Source of the DNA: Octopus sinensis
Taxonomy: Eukaryota
Assembly (NCBI RefSeq): GCF_006345805.1
Contig: NC_043013.1
Coordinates: 32,922,001-32,986,000 of the forward strand
Reading direction: 5' to 3'
Length of the DNA stretch: 64,000 nt
The translations under genes were made by a program, and so were the position numbers. The notes below the pieces were generated by a model. The model was not told the DNA's origin. It saw nothing but the letters and a program-made list of their open reading frames with translations, and ran no database searches. Positions 26,062 to 38,880 of the stretch are shown here, piece by piece (positions within the stretch are counted from its first letter, which is position 1; the number at the start of each line of letters is the position of its first letter).

Positions 26062-27524
26062 CCCCTTGACAACGGTTGACGCAAATATGCGATCACACTT
26101 TTGCTTGCCTACCCGCGGTTAACGTAAATATACGATGTAGAGCTGCCCTACATCTATCATGGACTTTTTAGCGGCTGGCGTATGTTTACGTTCGATATCG
26201 TGTACTTTATCTCTTGAGGTGCGCGTGCTCGCCGTCCCGTGCATTATCTTTGCTGTTTTAGGTTACGTTCAAGCCATGAGACTAGCAGTAGACCAATGGC
26301 ATGCGGATACTTTACATGCATATGCATTGGCACAAGAGGTATGAAAGTAATGGTCTCCAGCGAAAACGCATCATAATTCAAAATGTCTTCAAATCAATTA
26401 CAAGTTCTGTCTTAGCGCTTCGTTCCTCCATCAGCGAATTTACGCTCTTCATTGCGCCTGACAACACCTGCGGTGAGGTCAGGGTCGCGGACGTTCTAGC
26501 ATCAACTAATGTCGTCATGTCATTGAATGTCGAACTGTTAGACAAAGGGTATAACATTCATATGGTTTTCCAGTCCCGACTTATTTCAGCAGCTGTAGGC
26601 CAGGAGATCAAACGCCCGTGGGAAGGCCCGCGCTTTCAGGAGGAACATGCCTCTCGATCTTCAAAAGCCGAAACTTGAGAAAGGAGAATTTGCATACCGT
26701 TCGACGCACAGTGATCTCCTGGCATTGGTCTGGCGAGACAGAAAGTACGTGACCATGCTGAGTACGATGCACTCTGCTTCAATGTCTGAACCTGACAAAC
26801 GGAATCGTGCAGGGGACCCCATCATAAAACCCGATGTTGTACTGGACTACACCAGAGCAATGAGTGGGGTGGATAGATCCGATCAACCGGCTACCATGCA
26901 CAAATCCACACGAAGATTCGGAAAATGGTACAAAAAATTTTTTTGTACATTATGGATATGGCACTCATGAACACACATCTGATCTGGCGAATGCTGGGTG
27001 GCGAAGCAACTGGACTCGCATTTCGCGAGGCTGTGATAAATGAAATTATCGAGGTCTCCGAGCTGCCCAACTACCGAACGCGTGGACGTCCTCACTCCCG
27101 ACCTACTCCAAACCGGCTTCTGAACTGAAGAGAACAATTCTCGCGCTTCATACCGCCAACGGAAAAAAGCAAAATCCGGCAAGGAAATGTGTTGTATGCA
27201 TCTCACACCACCGTAGGCGCGAAACCAGATATCGATGTCCGTACTGTGATATGTCCCTTTGCTTAATACCGTGTTTTGAGTTGTACCACACGCAAACTAT
27301 TTTTGGAACTTGAGCAGAATAACTCATGCATATCATATTATGATAAATAGCTTCATATAGTTCGTTTTCATAAACCGGTAGACGTAAATGTACGACGCTA
27401 TGTTATTGTAACGATGAACGTAAATAGACGCAAGCTCGTTGGCACTTGTGTTTGTGTGGCCTCATTAGATAAAAAAAAACGGAGCAGTGTCTCGCATGCT
27501 TCGGGTAATACCGGCGTCAAGGGG
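26062..27524 (+). mobile_element. Internally deleted piggyBac DNA transposon (1463 bp)
   Basis: TTAA at 26058-26061, then TIR CCCCTTGACAACGGT. Right TIR ACCGGCGTCAAGGGG ends at 27524 (13/15 match), followed by TTGA. Subterminal GACG(C/T)AAAT(A/G)T(A/G)CG-type repeats at both ends. Internal transposase remnant. Confidence 0.92.
26420..27313 (+). pseudogene. piggyBac transposase C-terminal remnant (DDE_Tnp_1_7-like) with cysteine-rich domain
   Basis: Across frames: VVMSLNVELLDKGY; WRDRKYVTMLSTMH..KPDVVLDYTRAMSGVDRSDQ..KWYKKFF; ARKCVVCISHHRRRETRYRCPYCDMSLCLIPCFELYH* (27179-27313). Frameshifts and stops; N-terminus absent. Confidence 0.88.
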
Positions 27525-27944
27525 TTGAAAGATAGTCTTGTTTGAAGGATATCATTTCTTGCATTTCGACTGATCATTTACAGATTCTATCACTGGCGCT
27601 TCACTCGTGACTAACCCGTCTTTTATTCAGGCATATTGCACCTAAAACTAATTTATCGCCGGCTTCATACTATTTTTCTATGGGAGCGTAGTGTAATTTG
27701 AGTCAAATATCATTGCTATTTCTTGCATGTCACACGACCACTCAGAGACACCCTTCTACCCGTTGGCTCATATATAAGGTAATTGTAAGAAATGCTAACT
27801 TACTCTGGAACTCAATGCCCTTGAGAATTCCATACTGTACGAATTAATGAATGCTTCTAATGAACTAGTTAATAAGCCTAATCAATTATTTAACTTAATA
27901 CTTCTCATTTAATCATTTCTAATTATTCACCCCCCGTTTCCATC

Positions 27945-28040
27945 TCCTCCTCTTCACCACCACCACCACCACCACCACCACCACCGCCATCATCATCATC
28001 ATCATCATCATCGTTGCTGTTATTAGTATCATTATTGTTG

Positions 28041-28096
<56 letters not shown>

Positions 28097-28369
28097 ACTT
28101 CATACCTCTACTTTTTGTCGAGGGCGATCACTTAGCATATCATCATCAGCGTTTTCACCAGTACCAGTACCAGCACCAGCACCACTACCACCACCACCAT
28201 CAATAACAATAGCATCGTCAACACCATCGCCGCCGCCACATCACCGCCACTATCACCGTCTTTATTGTTATCATCATCATCATCATCATCATCATTAATA
28301 TTATATTATTTATTATTATTATTAATATTATTATTATTATTATTATTATTATTGTTATTATTATTATTA

Positions 28370-28439
<70 letters not shown>

Positions 28440-28440
28440 C
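27945..28440. repeat. (CAC)n/(CAT)n/(TAT)n compound trinucleotide region
   Basis: Directly visible runs. Confidence 0.9.
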
Positions 28441-28479
28441 GTATATAATTACATCATTAGTTCATTATCTAAATAGTTC

Positions 28480-28720
28480 CGTAAGTAACATCTGATACAC
28501 TGAACATTGCCTGCAGTATTTCTACAGTAAGACTGCAATACAATACCCTACATTGTTCTTCCCTCCTCACCCCTATTTCATGTGAGATGTCGTATGATAT
28601 ATACGGTTCCCTTTTCGTTATAATTCTTGTATTTACATCCCCCAATATCAGTTCTCGATAACATGATCTATTACCGAATATTTTACAACCTCGACTATCG
28701 AAGTATTTAGACTTTGTACC
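28480..28720 (-). pseudogene. Possible LINE apurinic-like endonuclease fragment
   Basis: ORF 28469-28738 contains LILGDVNTRI..HEIGVRREEQCRVLYC, resembling the GDFNA..G.G.RN..G..L..FC motif of LINE ORF2 endonucleases. Confidence 0.4.
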
Positions 28721-28914
28721 TAGGATGTTATCAGTCAAGCCGTTTTGTTTCTGTGCTTCAAGAGAGTCAACTGCGATTTTAGGGACATTTAGCTGTTATA
28801 TCTAGCAAGTCGAGTGACCACGTAACTATTAACGACTCAACTGTAGACTTGTTTCTTAGATCTGTTGTTCTTTTCATTGTTCATCAAAAGCAATTCATTG
28901 GTTCATCGTATCTG

Positions 28915-29865
28915 TTTTAGTTCATGTTCAGTTTTAGCTCATGTTCATCTGTTTTAGCTCATGTTCATCTGTTTTAGCTCACGTTCAGTTTTAGCTCGTG
29001 TTCATCTGTTTTAGCTCATGTTCATCTGTTTTAGCTCATATTCAGTTTTAGCTCATGTTCAGTTTTAGCTCGTGTTCATCTGTTTTAGCTCATGTTCATC
29101 TGTTTTAGCTCATATTCAGTTTTAGCTCACGTTCAGTTTTAGCTCGTGTTCATCTGTTTTAGCTCATGTTCATCTGTTTTAGCTCATATTCAGTTTTAGC
29201 TCATGTTCAGTTTTAGCTCGTGTTCATCTGTTTTAGCTCGTGTTCATCTGTTTTAGCTCGTGTTCATCTGTTTTAGCTCATGTTCATCTGTTTTAGCTCA
29301 TGTTCAGTTTTAGCTCGTGTTCATCTGTTTTAGCTCGTGTTCATCAGTTTTTGCTCGTGTTCATCTGTTTTAGCTCATGTTCATCTGTTTTAGCTCATGT
29401 TCATCTGTTTTAGCTCATGTTCAGTTTTAGCTCGTGTTCATCTGTTTTAGCTCGTGTTCATCAGTTTTTGCTTGTGTTCATCTGTTTTAGCTCATGTTCA
29501 TCTGTTTAGCTCATGTTCATCTGTTTTAGTTCATGTTCAGTTTTAGCTCATGTTCAGTTTTAGCTCGTGTTCATCTGTTTTAGCTCATGTCATCTGTTTT
29601 ATCTCATGTTCATCTGTTTTAGCTCATGTTCAGTTTTAGCTCGTGTTCATCTGTTTTAGCTCGTGTTCATCAGTTTTTGCTTGTGTTCATCTGTTTTAGC
29701 TCATGTTCATCTGTTTTAGCTCATGTTCATCTGATTTAGCTTATGTTCATCTGTTTTATCTCATGTTCATCTGTTTTAGCTCATGTTCAGTTTTAGCTCA
29801 TGTTCATCTGTTTTAGCTCATGTTCATCTGTTTTAGCCCATGTTCAGTTTTTAGCTTGTGTTCAT
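28915..29865. repeat. Minisatellite of about 50 mixed 20-bp (TTTTAGCTCATGTTCATCTG) and 17-bp (TTTTAGCTCATGTTCAG) units
   Basis: Units read individually; 74-bp and 117-bp higher-order blocks present. Confidence 0.97.
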
Positions 29866-30059
29866 TCTTCATCGAATAAACTCAAAATGACAATGTTCAA
29901 ACCATCTCAAACATGTCAACATTTATACGGACGTAATATATCTAGGACTACATTTTTCAAAGTGTTCGGAGCTTTTTGAAGCATTAGGAGTGATTTGAAA
30001 GTTTCTGTTTTGGTTCACTCAACATTTCCACAATTCTAAGTTTCTCTCCTGTTATGATA

Positions 30060-30680
30060 TCTTTCAGGGCAGCCAGCTGACAAAATCATTGCCATGCCGG
30101 ACAAGATACTGAGTAGCAATTCTTCCGACTTTAAGTCCTGAGCTCAAATTCCGTCGAGGTCTATGTTTGCCTGTCATCGTTTCGGGATAGATAAAAAAAA
30201 AGTAATAGTCAAGTTCTGCGAGGAGGGCGATGTAATTGACTTGCCCCACCGCAAAATTTCAGGCCTTATGCCTATAAGAGAAAGAATTATAATACCATTC
30301 CAAGGTGACGAGCTGCCAGCATTATTGCTTTGTAGTATTTGTACCCGCTCATTACGTTCTCAGTTCAAATTCCTCCGAGAATACCTCTGCCTGTTATCAT
30401 TTCAGAGTCGATAAATGGAATGGAATCGCTGGTATCGAGCAAATCCCTTCAGTAAAAAAAAAAAGAAAGAAAAAATCGCTGCTCTCGTGCTTCAGTTAGA
30501 AACCCTTGTAGTACAATGGCATTCGTCCATCGGACAAAATATCTTGCGATATTCCAAAACACTGGACTTTGAGTTCAAATCCTGTCAAAATCAACTTTGC
30601 TTTTAATCGTTTCGGAGTCAATAAAACAAAATGCCAGTCGCTATATATCGACTGCTCCACGCTACTATGTATAATGGGAA
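30060..30680 (+). mobile_element. Cluster of about three degraded family-A-type SINEs
   Basis: Repeated GAG(C/T)TCAAAT(T)CC B-box-like motifs near 30140, 30362 and 30571, each followed by the A-family body. Confidence 0.65.
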
Positions 30681-31437
30681 GAAATGTGTTTGTATATAGA
30701 AGCGACTGTAACACAATTTACGTCTAGCATGCATTATTGAAATGCAAAATCGATCTTTAGTATTTTAGAATTTGTTTTATCGACATTGGAACGATGAAAC
30801 ATAAAGTTGAATTTGGCGAGATTTGAACACGGAACGTAGAGAAACTATGCTTTAACGCATCTGACAATCCGTCGCTTAATGAATTGCTTCCAGTGTGGCG
30901 AGTGTAAAGTTGAATGAAATACCAATTCAGGGTTCATGAACTCTGCTGACCCTACCGAACTGATTGCTGAACCATGACGGTCCGTTTTCTGTAGCCTAAT
31001 TTCTTGAAATTCTTATTTCTGTAAATGTTTACGCGTGTTTAACGCCGTTGGACTTGCTTGACCTTCCGGTCTCCTTTCGAACGCAACGAGTCACGTGGGA
31101 AGTTTCTTTCAACTTCCGACCTACCACAGGCAGCATCTTCAACCTCGCTCCCGTCCTCCTCAACCACCAGCACCGCAAGTACTATGTCATCTACCACCGT
31201 TGCTGTCGCCGTCGCCGTCACTAGAACTGTCTCTGCTACGCTGCTATCTCCTTCACATCACAAAAAGGAAACCCACCAGCACCACCTCAACCACCACCAA
31301 TACTAATAGTCTTGGCTACATCGCCATCACCCTAACCCCGATACTACAACAATACCGCCACAATTGGCATAACCTTTATTGCACTGCGTCCATAAACTTA
31401 GCTACCACAAGCAACAGCAAGATTACCATAACCATAA

Positions 31438-32220
31438 TGGGAAGAAGAAGAAGAAGAAGAAGAAGAAGAAGAAGAAGAAGAAAAGAAGAAGAAGAAAGAA
31501 GAAGAAGAAGAAGAAGAAGGAGAAGAAGAGGAAAAGAAGAAGAAGAAGAAGAAGAAAAGAAGAAGAAGAAGAAGAAGAAGAAGATAAATAAGAAAGAGAA
31601 AATGAAGAAGAAGCAGATAAATAAGAAAGAGAAGAGGAAGAAGAAGCAGATAAATAAGAAAGAGAAGAGGAGGAGGAAGCAGATAAATAAGAAAGAGAAG
31701 AGGAAGAAGAAGCAGATAAATAAGAAAGAGAAGAGGAGGAGGAAGCAGATAAATAAGAAAGAGAAGAGGAAGAAGAAGCAGATAAATAAGAAAAAGGAGA
31801 AGAGGAAGCAGATAGATAAGAAAGAGAAGAGGAAGAAGAAGCAGATAAATAAGAAAGAGAAGAGGAAGAAGCAGATAAATAAGAAAGAGAAGAGGAAGAA
31901 GAAGAAGGAAGAGAAGAAGAAGGAGAAGAAGACGAAGAAAAAGAAAGAGTGGAGGAAGAGGAGGAGGAAGAAGAAGAAATGAAAAGGAACGACAAGATGA
32001 AGAAGATAAGATGTAGAAGAAGAAATGGAAGTGGAAGAACATCAACAACAAGATGGACAAGAAAAAGAAGTAGAAGAGGTAGAAGAAAAGAACATGAAGA
32101 CGGAGAAAAGAGGGAGAGAAGAAAAGAAATACAAGAAAAAGAATAAGTATAAGAATGAGTAAGAAGTGTAAGAAATAGGAGGAGCAGAAGAAGAAGAAGA
32201 AGAAGACGAAGAAGAAGAAA
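31438..32220. repeat. (AAG)n-rich purine tract containing ten 33/30-bp minisatellite units (31582-31900)
   Basis: AGATA(A/G)ATAAGAAA starts at 31582, 31615, 31648, 31681, 31714, 31747, 31780, 31810, 31843 and 31873. Confidence 0.93.
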
Positions 32221-32279
32221 AGAGCAACGACAGAAGCCGTAGTCACTACATGAACACTAGTAGCTCAAGATGGCCACCA

Positions 32280-33002
32280 CCACAACAACAAGAATAACAG
32301 CAACATGAATAACAACACCTATATCTTTACCTTCATAACCTCTCTACTACCATCCTACCATTGCAAGAATCACTACAACTATTATAACCACCATCACTTC
32401 CACCACAACCACCACCACCACAACCACCACCACCACAACCATCACCACCACCACCACTACCACCGCCACTACCACCGCCACTACTAGCATCACTACCAAC
32501 ATGATAATCATCACCATCACTACCACATCACAACCATCACCACCATGACCAACAACAATAACAATACAACCACTATTACCACCACCACCATCACTATCAC
32601 AACGACGACGACCACCACTACCACCACCATCACCGCCACCAAAACAGAAATTGCTACCATCATCGACGCCTCTCCCCCACTACCGTCACATCAATGACCA
32701 AAAAGGCCCCTCCACCACGAGCTAAAAACATACGAAGAAATCACCGCCGCCAAGTCAACTGCCACCAACACCACAACACCAATACAACACAAATACAACA
32801 CCAAACAACGACTACAGCTCCACCCTCGCCGTAACTCTACTACCATCACCGCTAACCACCAAGAAGCCTCAAAATCACCGATACCACCGCTACTATCACC
32901 ATCGCCATCAACATCATCATCATAATCATTAACTTCAACATCACCAGCATCATTATTGTCTTTATTATCATCATCATCATCACCATCTTCTTCATCATCA
33001 TC

Positions 33003-33036
<34 letters not shown>

Positions 33037-33068
33037 GTATCATCATCACTATCACCAGCATCATTGTC

Positions 33069-33105
<37 letters not shown>

Positions 33106-33165
33106 ACATCATCATCATCATCATCATCATCATCAACATCATCGTCATAACCATCATCAACCTCC

Positions 33166-33205
<40 letters not shown>

Positions 33206-33231
33206 ACCTCATCATCATCATCATCATCATT

Positions 33232-33262
<31 letters not shown>

Positions 33263-33307
33263 CCATCATCATCATCAACATCATCGTCATAACCATCATC
33301 AACCTCC

Positions 33308-33339
<32 letters not shown>

Positions 33340-33440
33340 AATCGTCATCGTCATCGTTCCTATCACCATTAGCTACACCATTTCCATAAGGGCCCACCAC
33401 CATCACCATCACCATCACCACTACCACAGAAGACACCCTC
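32280..33440. repeat. (CAC)n/(CAT)n low-complexity region
   Basis: Directly visible; includes a local duplication of AACATCATCGTCATAACCATCATCAACCTCCTTC near 33134 and 33277. Confidence 0.88.
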
Positions 33441-34139
33441 ACAATTACCACCAGCGCCATCGCCGCCACCGTCGATGCTGCGACATGTCGCTATCTCATT
33501 ATCGCTGACGTACAGACAGAGATATGTAAGGGACTGTGAAAAGGACCATCCTGAAATTGTTCATCGTTTATTACGCTTCGGAGAATATTTTAATTAGGAA
33601 TTTGGCCAGCGACAATCTCCACTCATCAACCTACACACACACACACACATACACACGTGCGCGCGAACACACATAGACACGTGAGCGTGCATATACACGT
33701 CTGTATGCATATATATATACAACACTAGATACATACGCAGACAAACACATACATACACACATATATACATATATACATATATACGTGTAGACGTAGAAAG
33801 ATACATGCGTAGATACAAAGAAAATATACACTTGGTCGCTCGCAGATTTATAAATATCTAATATACAAGTTAGCTACAGAGATATCTGAGTTGGGTCATA
33901 CAGAACACTGAGGCACACAAGCACATACACGCAGACACACAAATACACAGAAAGAGACACACGTCAGTACAACCTGATTTATGTATCATATACACCCTTA
34001 AAGTTATAGATACTCATCTACATACATATATACATAATGAAATACACGCATACATACATACGTGCATATAGACATACACACGTATCCGTCCATATTTTCA
34101 ATTTTCATATAAATTGTCGAAGTTGATTTAGTTTCCGTG

Positions 34140-34260
34140 TACAGTGCAATTAAAGATGGACATCGGTTTGTCGATTACGGACCCACTTCTTCGTCTCTCC
34201 GCATCAGCACCACACTTCTCTGGCGGAGAACTGGGGATGTCTACAGTCATCTACCCGTTA

Positions 34261-34325
<65 letters not shown>

Positions 34326-34790
34326 CTGCCAAGAGATCGGCAAACCAATTTATGTATTCATAAATCTCGTAAGGAAGACAATCTGAACGAAACAATCTTC
34401 TCCACGCATGCACCATCACGGCCAAATGTATTTGAGCAGCAATTTTCGGTGTTTCACAGGACACCGTCACTGTACCGCCAACCGCCGTGTGCCCTCACGA
34501 TAGACACAAATTCACTGCCACTGGTCTGTCTCTACAACACCGATGATCAAAGCCTTTCTGAAAAATCTGTACCGAATCTGCATGGAATGGAATGGAATAG
34601 CACTTCTTATCGCGGTCAATGGAAAATTTAATGTCATATCTGTTGTTACAACATGCGTTTGCAAGTATCTCATGAAACGATTTTGTCTCCTCTTTGTCAA
34701 GGGGCATGCGTCTTATCTCTAACAACGCAACCTTACTGTTTCACATTGAATTTATGGTCGAGTGTCATTTTCACTGCAGACGCGTCAAGC
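34140..34790 (-). mobile_element. Degraded Tc1-like transposase fragment interrupted by (TA)n
   Basis: Minus-strand frames give TKRRQNRFMRYLQTHVVTT and KHRKLLLKYIWP*WCMRGEDCFVQIVF, resembling the Tc1 second HTH and pre-catalytic RL.WA..H..W....W..V.FSDE region. Heavily mutated. Confidence 0.4.
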
Positions 34791-34802
34791 AGTGCCATTT
34801 CT

Positions 34803-35217
34803 TATTTCTTTATTGCCCACAAGGGGTACACACAGAGGGGGACAAACAAGGACTGATAAAGGGATTAAGTCGATTACATCAACACCAGTGCGTAACTGGT
34901 GCTTAATTTCTCGACCCCGAAAGGATGAAAGACAAAATCGACCTCGGCGGAATTTGAACTCAGAACGTAGCGGCAGACGAAATACCTATTTCTATACTAC
35001 CCACAAGGGGCTAAACACAGAGAGGACAAACCAGGACAGACAAACGGATTAAGTCGATTATATCGACCCCAGTGCGTAACTGGTACTTATTTAATCGACC
35101 TCGAAATGATGAAAGGCAAAGTCGACCGCTGCGGCATTTGAACTTAGAATGTAGCGGCAGACGAAATACCGCTAAGCATTTGGCCTAGCGTGCTAACGTT
35201 TCTGCCAGCTCGCCGCC
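34803..35217 (-). mobile_element. Family-A SINE dimer (head + A + 184-bp A)
   Basis: Junction GAAATACC|TATTTCT at 34986|34987. Confidence 0.9.
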
Positions 35218-35439
35218 TTTTCATTTGTGTCTTCCCATCCGCTGGCTAGTATTTCCTCTAATCTATTAATCGCCATTTAACCATTTTGCAATATCGTAAG
35301 AGTTCTTCATAAATGGTTTTCTTTAAAAAAGCTTTCCACAGGTGCGTGACGCCATTAATTTTCTCGTACTTTTCATACTCATACGATCGCTGCTGACTTT
35401 TCCTGTCGGAAAATGGCGTGATTTTCCTCACTCGGGCTG

Positions 35440-35935
35440 ATTTATGCAGCTATATAGCCAAAGCTGTAAACACTCCTCTGGTCTTCTTACAAATACATTA
35501 ACTAGGTGCGATGTCAATGACGCGATGCAGTTTATCGAAGTTCATAATATATTTCCTCAGAAGGTGAGCCCATGCTTCCAGAATGTAAATCTTGTCGGCT
35601 ACGGATATTAACAGCTATGGATCTCAAATAATACTTCTAGACATCTGAAGAAGCCTGGCAGCTCTGCTTCAGGCTGGCATAGATGGCCATTAGTGAAAAG
35701 GCACTATTATCGCTGATGTTCTCGTGTAGGATCACCGAAGTACTATTCATGCCTTACAAAACAATGCTATGATATTGACAGAGAAGGAGTTCAGAGGGGT
35801 TCCTAGCGGCACTTCTTGTTTCCCTGATAGCTACCACATCTACATCTACTGGCCTGAGGTCGTTCAGCAAGTTTATTTGTTTGCGATATACAAGGAGCTT
35901 CTGAAAAGCTCATGGCTTTGGGTGAAAGAAAATAC
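35440..35935 (+). pseudogene. Possible degraded non-LTR reverse transcriptase fragment
   Basis: ORF 35769-36005 has RGVPSGTSCFP (cf. RGVPQG..LSP) and VYLFAI (cf. LFADD); weak. Confidence 0.3.
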
Positions 35936-35977
35936 AGGAGGACCAGTTAATTATAATTTTATTCAACATATCTCCCT

Positions 35978-36392
35978 TATTTCTTTATTGCCCACAAGGG
36001 GCTAACGATAGAAGGGACAAATAAGGACAGACAAAGGGATTTAGTCGATTACATCGATTCCAGTGTGTTACTGATACTTAATTTATCAACCTCGAAAGGA
36101 TGAAAGGCAAAGTCGGCCTCGGCGGAATTTGAACTCAGAACGTAACGGCAGACGAAATACCTATTTATTTACTACCCACAAGGTGCTAAACATAGAGAGG
36201 ACAAACAAGGACAGACAAACTGATTAAGTCGATTATATCGACCCCAGTGCGTAACTGGTACTTAATTTATCGACCCCGAAAGGATGAAAGGCAAAGTCGA
36301 CCTCGGCAGAATTTGAACTCAGAACGTAGCGGCAGACGAAATGCAGCTACGCATTTCGCCCGGCGTGCTAACGTTTCTGCTAGCTCGCCGCC
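35978..36392 (-). mobile_element. Family-A SINE dimer flanked by one 19-bp TSD
   Basis: TTATTCAACATATCTCCCT at 35959-35977 and 36393-36411; internal junction at 36161|36162. Confidence 0.93.
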
Positions 36393-37964
36393 TTATTCAA
36401 CATATCTCCCTCTCAGATTCACACGTTAATAGCAGCGGTCCTTAAAGGTTTTCCAAGACCTGTAAAAGAACGCGGAATGTTGGGCGACCGACCAGGCCTC
36501 TCGGAACACCGTTAAATCCAGGAACTTTTCAGCATCCCGTCGGTAGGCACATGGCTACACTGGAGTTGTCTAATTGACCACATACAATCCTATACTTAAA
36601 TGCAACGCATGCAATCGACCTTGGAAGAGCGAAAGGCAAAGTTGATTTCAGTTCGGTTTGAACTCATAATGTAAAAAGAGGGTAATTAAAAAAGTGCAGG
36701 TTATTTTTTCTTTCCAGTTACTCTGCTGTGTCTACAGCACTTCTACCATTACAAGAAGGAGAATAAGAACAAGAATGATTCCTGACACAATCGCCAATTC
36801 CAATGTAGCGCACAGAGTTAGTGATCTGTAAAATTTCATTAGTCGTTTAGCACAGATGCACAAGACAGCTTATCAAAAATATATGCGCAGTTATCGTTGC
36901 AGTTGTTTCGTTTTTAGCTTTATCTCTAGCTGCGTGTGTGCATGTGTATATGTGTGTGGGTTTGTATGTGTGAGTGTATGTGTGCGTGTTTTTGTGTGTG
37001 TATGTAGACGTGTCGTTTTACTTAATTATTACTATTTAATTTCTTTTTATTATTTGCTTGTCATTAAAAAAAAATTTTCATTTATTTTTATTTTCAGCAG
37101 ATTTTCCTATTTCTATTTGAATGAGTGCTTCCTTCATACACACACACACACTCACACACACACACACACATACACACACACACACATACACAGAAGCACA
37201 CACATATATATAGACACACACACACACACATATGTATACATATATATAAACATACGTAGATATGCATGCCTATATATATATACATATATGCGTGCGTTTT
37301 TGTGTGTATGTGTATATGTTTGTATATATGTGTGTGTACATATACTCTATCACTAATCCCTGCAACCAATATTCTATTTATCTGTCTGTCTGTCTGTCTG
37401 ACTGTATGTATGTCTGTCTGTCGGTCAGTCTGTCTGTCTCTCTTTCTGTCTTCTCTTATTCTTTATTCCATTGTTAGCAATTCTTTCGTTCCTTAAATTT
37501 ACTACTTTCATTTCTTTACGGTTCTTTCCTTTTTTCATTCTTTCATAGTTTCTTTCCTTTCCTTCGCTCTCTCCTTTTTAATCCTTATTTTTTGCTATCT
37601 TTTCTTTTTTACTCCTTTTTCTTATTCATTTTTCTCTTCTACTTTCCCTTCGTTTCACCTTCAAATAATTTTCCTTCTCTCTTTCTCTTTCTTCTTATTT
37701 TCTCCTTTCTTTCTTTTTTCTTTCTTTCTTTCTTTCTTTCTTTATTTATTTATTTCCTTCTTTTCTGTCTTTCTTTGGATGTGGACGATGGCTGAGTGTG
37801 GAATTTTAGGAAGAAATTGTGGATGATATAATCTTTAAAGAGGACAGTTCTTTATCCAGAAAGAGAACGAGAAAGATAGAGAAAGAATAAAAAAAGAGGG
37901 GAAAGACATAGAAAGAGAGGTGTGGGAAGAGAGAAGAGAGGATGTGAGAGAAAGAAGTTTCATG

Positions 37965-38345
37965 AAGATAGCATCTGGCACTGGAGAAGATTACGCTGCC
38001 AAACTATCGGTTTGATAATTTGAAGCGATCAGAAGTTCTTTTACCATTAGCAGTATAGCGACGATCCTAATCGAATGGAGACACTTTTTGAGGATATTCA
38101 CGTATTCTGTGAGAAATTCGATGCCAAGGAAGACGCGGAAGGTGAGGCTTTCTCTGCAGTTGTATTGAACCATCGTGATGTAGAAGTTCAAGAAAGATCA
38201 TTACACGAAGTTTCAGAGATAATTTTTCTATCTCCGTGATTGCAGTTTGTCGAATACAGATAGGCGTCCCTAATGGTACAGCTGATGATCCTGTGAGAAT
38301 TGCCATCTAGGTAAGAAACATCCACTACATGGCGTAAGTCATCTT
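37965..38345 (-). pseudogene. CRE-clade-like non-LTR RT/thumb fragment
   Basis: Across frames: SYLDG (cf. YLDD), VPLGTPIC..LELLHHD..LPRLPW..SPFD and GSVI, resembling the LG.PIG..L..HDA..PKL.Y.LR..FD..GLG thumb region of CRE-type elements. Confidence 0.45.
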
Positions 38346-38880
38346 AGGCCGCCAGTGTTCTTTTTTTTTGTTTTAGTCTGAACTGATGCAATGAATGTAT
38401 GAGTGAACCATTTCTGACTTTTCCGCATGAGAATTTTTAGCTGTGGTTTAGTTACAGGTGGTGGAAAGCACAGTGTAGTGTTTCTCCCCTTCTGTATCCC
38501 ATATACGATGAAATGTGTTGCTAAGAGCAACGATCAGATGACTGCATAAGTACAGGTAGTGACGTATAGGTAGTAGATGGATTTGGAAGTGAAAACATGA
38601 TCAAGGACGAAAAAAGTTCCAAGGGAATGAAATTGGCTGAGAGAGTAGATGAGTGCAAAATATTTTTCTTCTACAGCGGCAGTGCCAATATGGTATAGCT
38701 GTGAAAATCACGAAGACTTATGACCGTCGAAAACCTCAAAAACGGCGAGAGTGAAATGAAGTTACGTGCCTTCATGAAGGGAGATATATTGTCGTAGAGT
38801 TGTAAGTAGTTAGAAAAATTAGCAAGGTGGAGAAAGAAAATTCCTTTGGCAGAGTAGGAGTAACTTTGAGCTGGAGAAGA

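Noticed and set aside
28915-29865. CRISPR-like array
   Set aside because: Units are contiguous with no unique spacers, no cas genes are present, and the context is eukaryotic.
31058-31306. Possible Ser/Thr-rich host exon
   Set aside because: No convincing splice acceptor or recognisable domain; it grades into (CAC)n low-complexity sequence.
33530-33570. CTGTGAAAAGG-accat-CCTGAAA hammerhead-like motif
   Set aside because: The core does not fit, and there is no stem I or III pairing.
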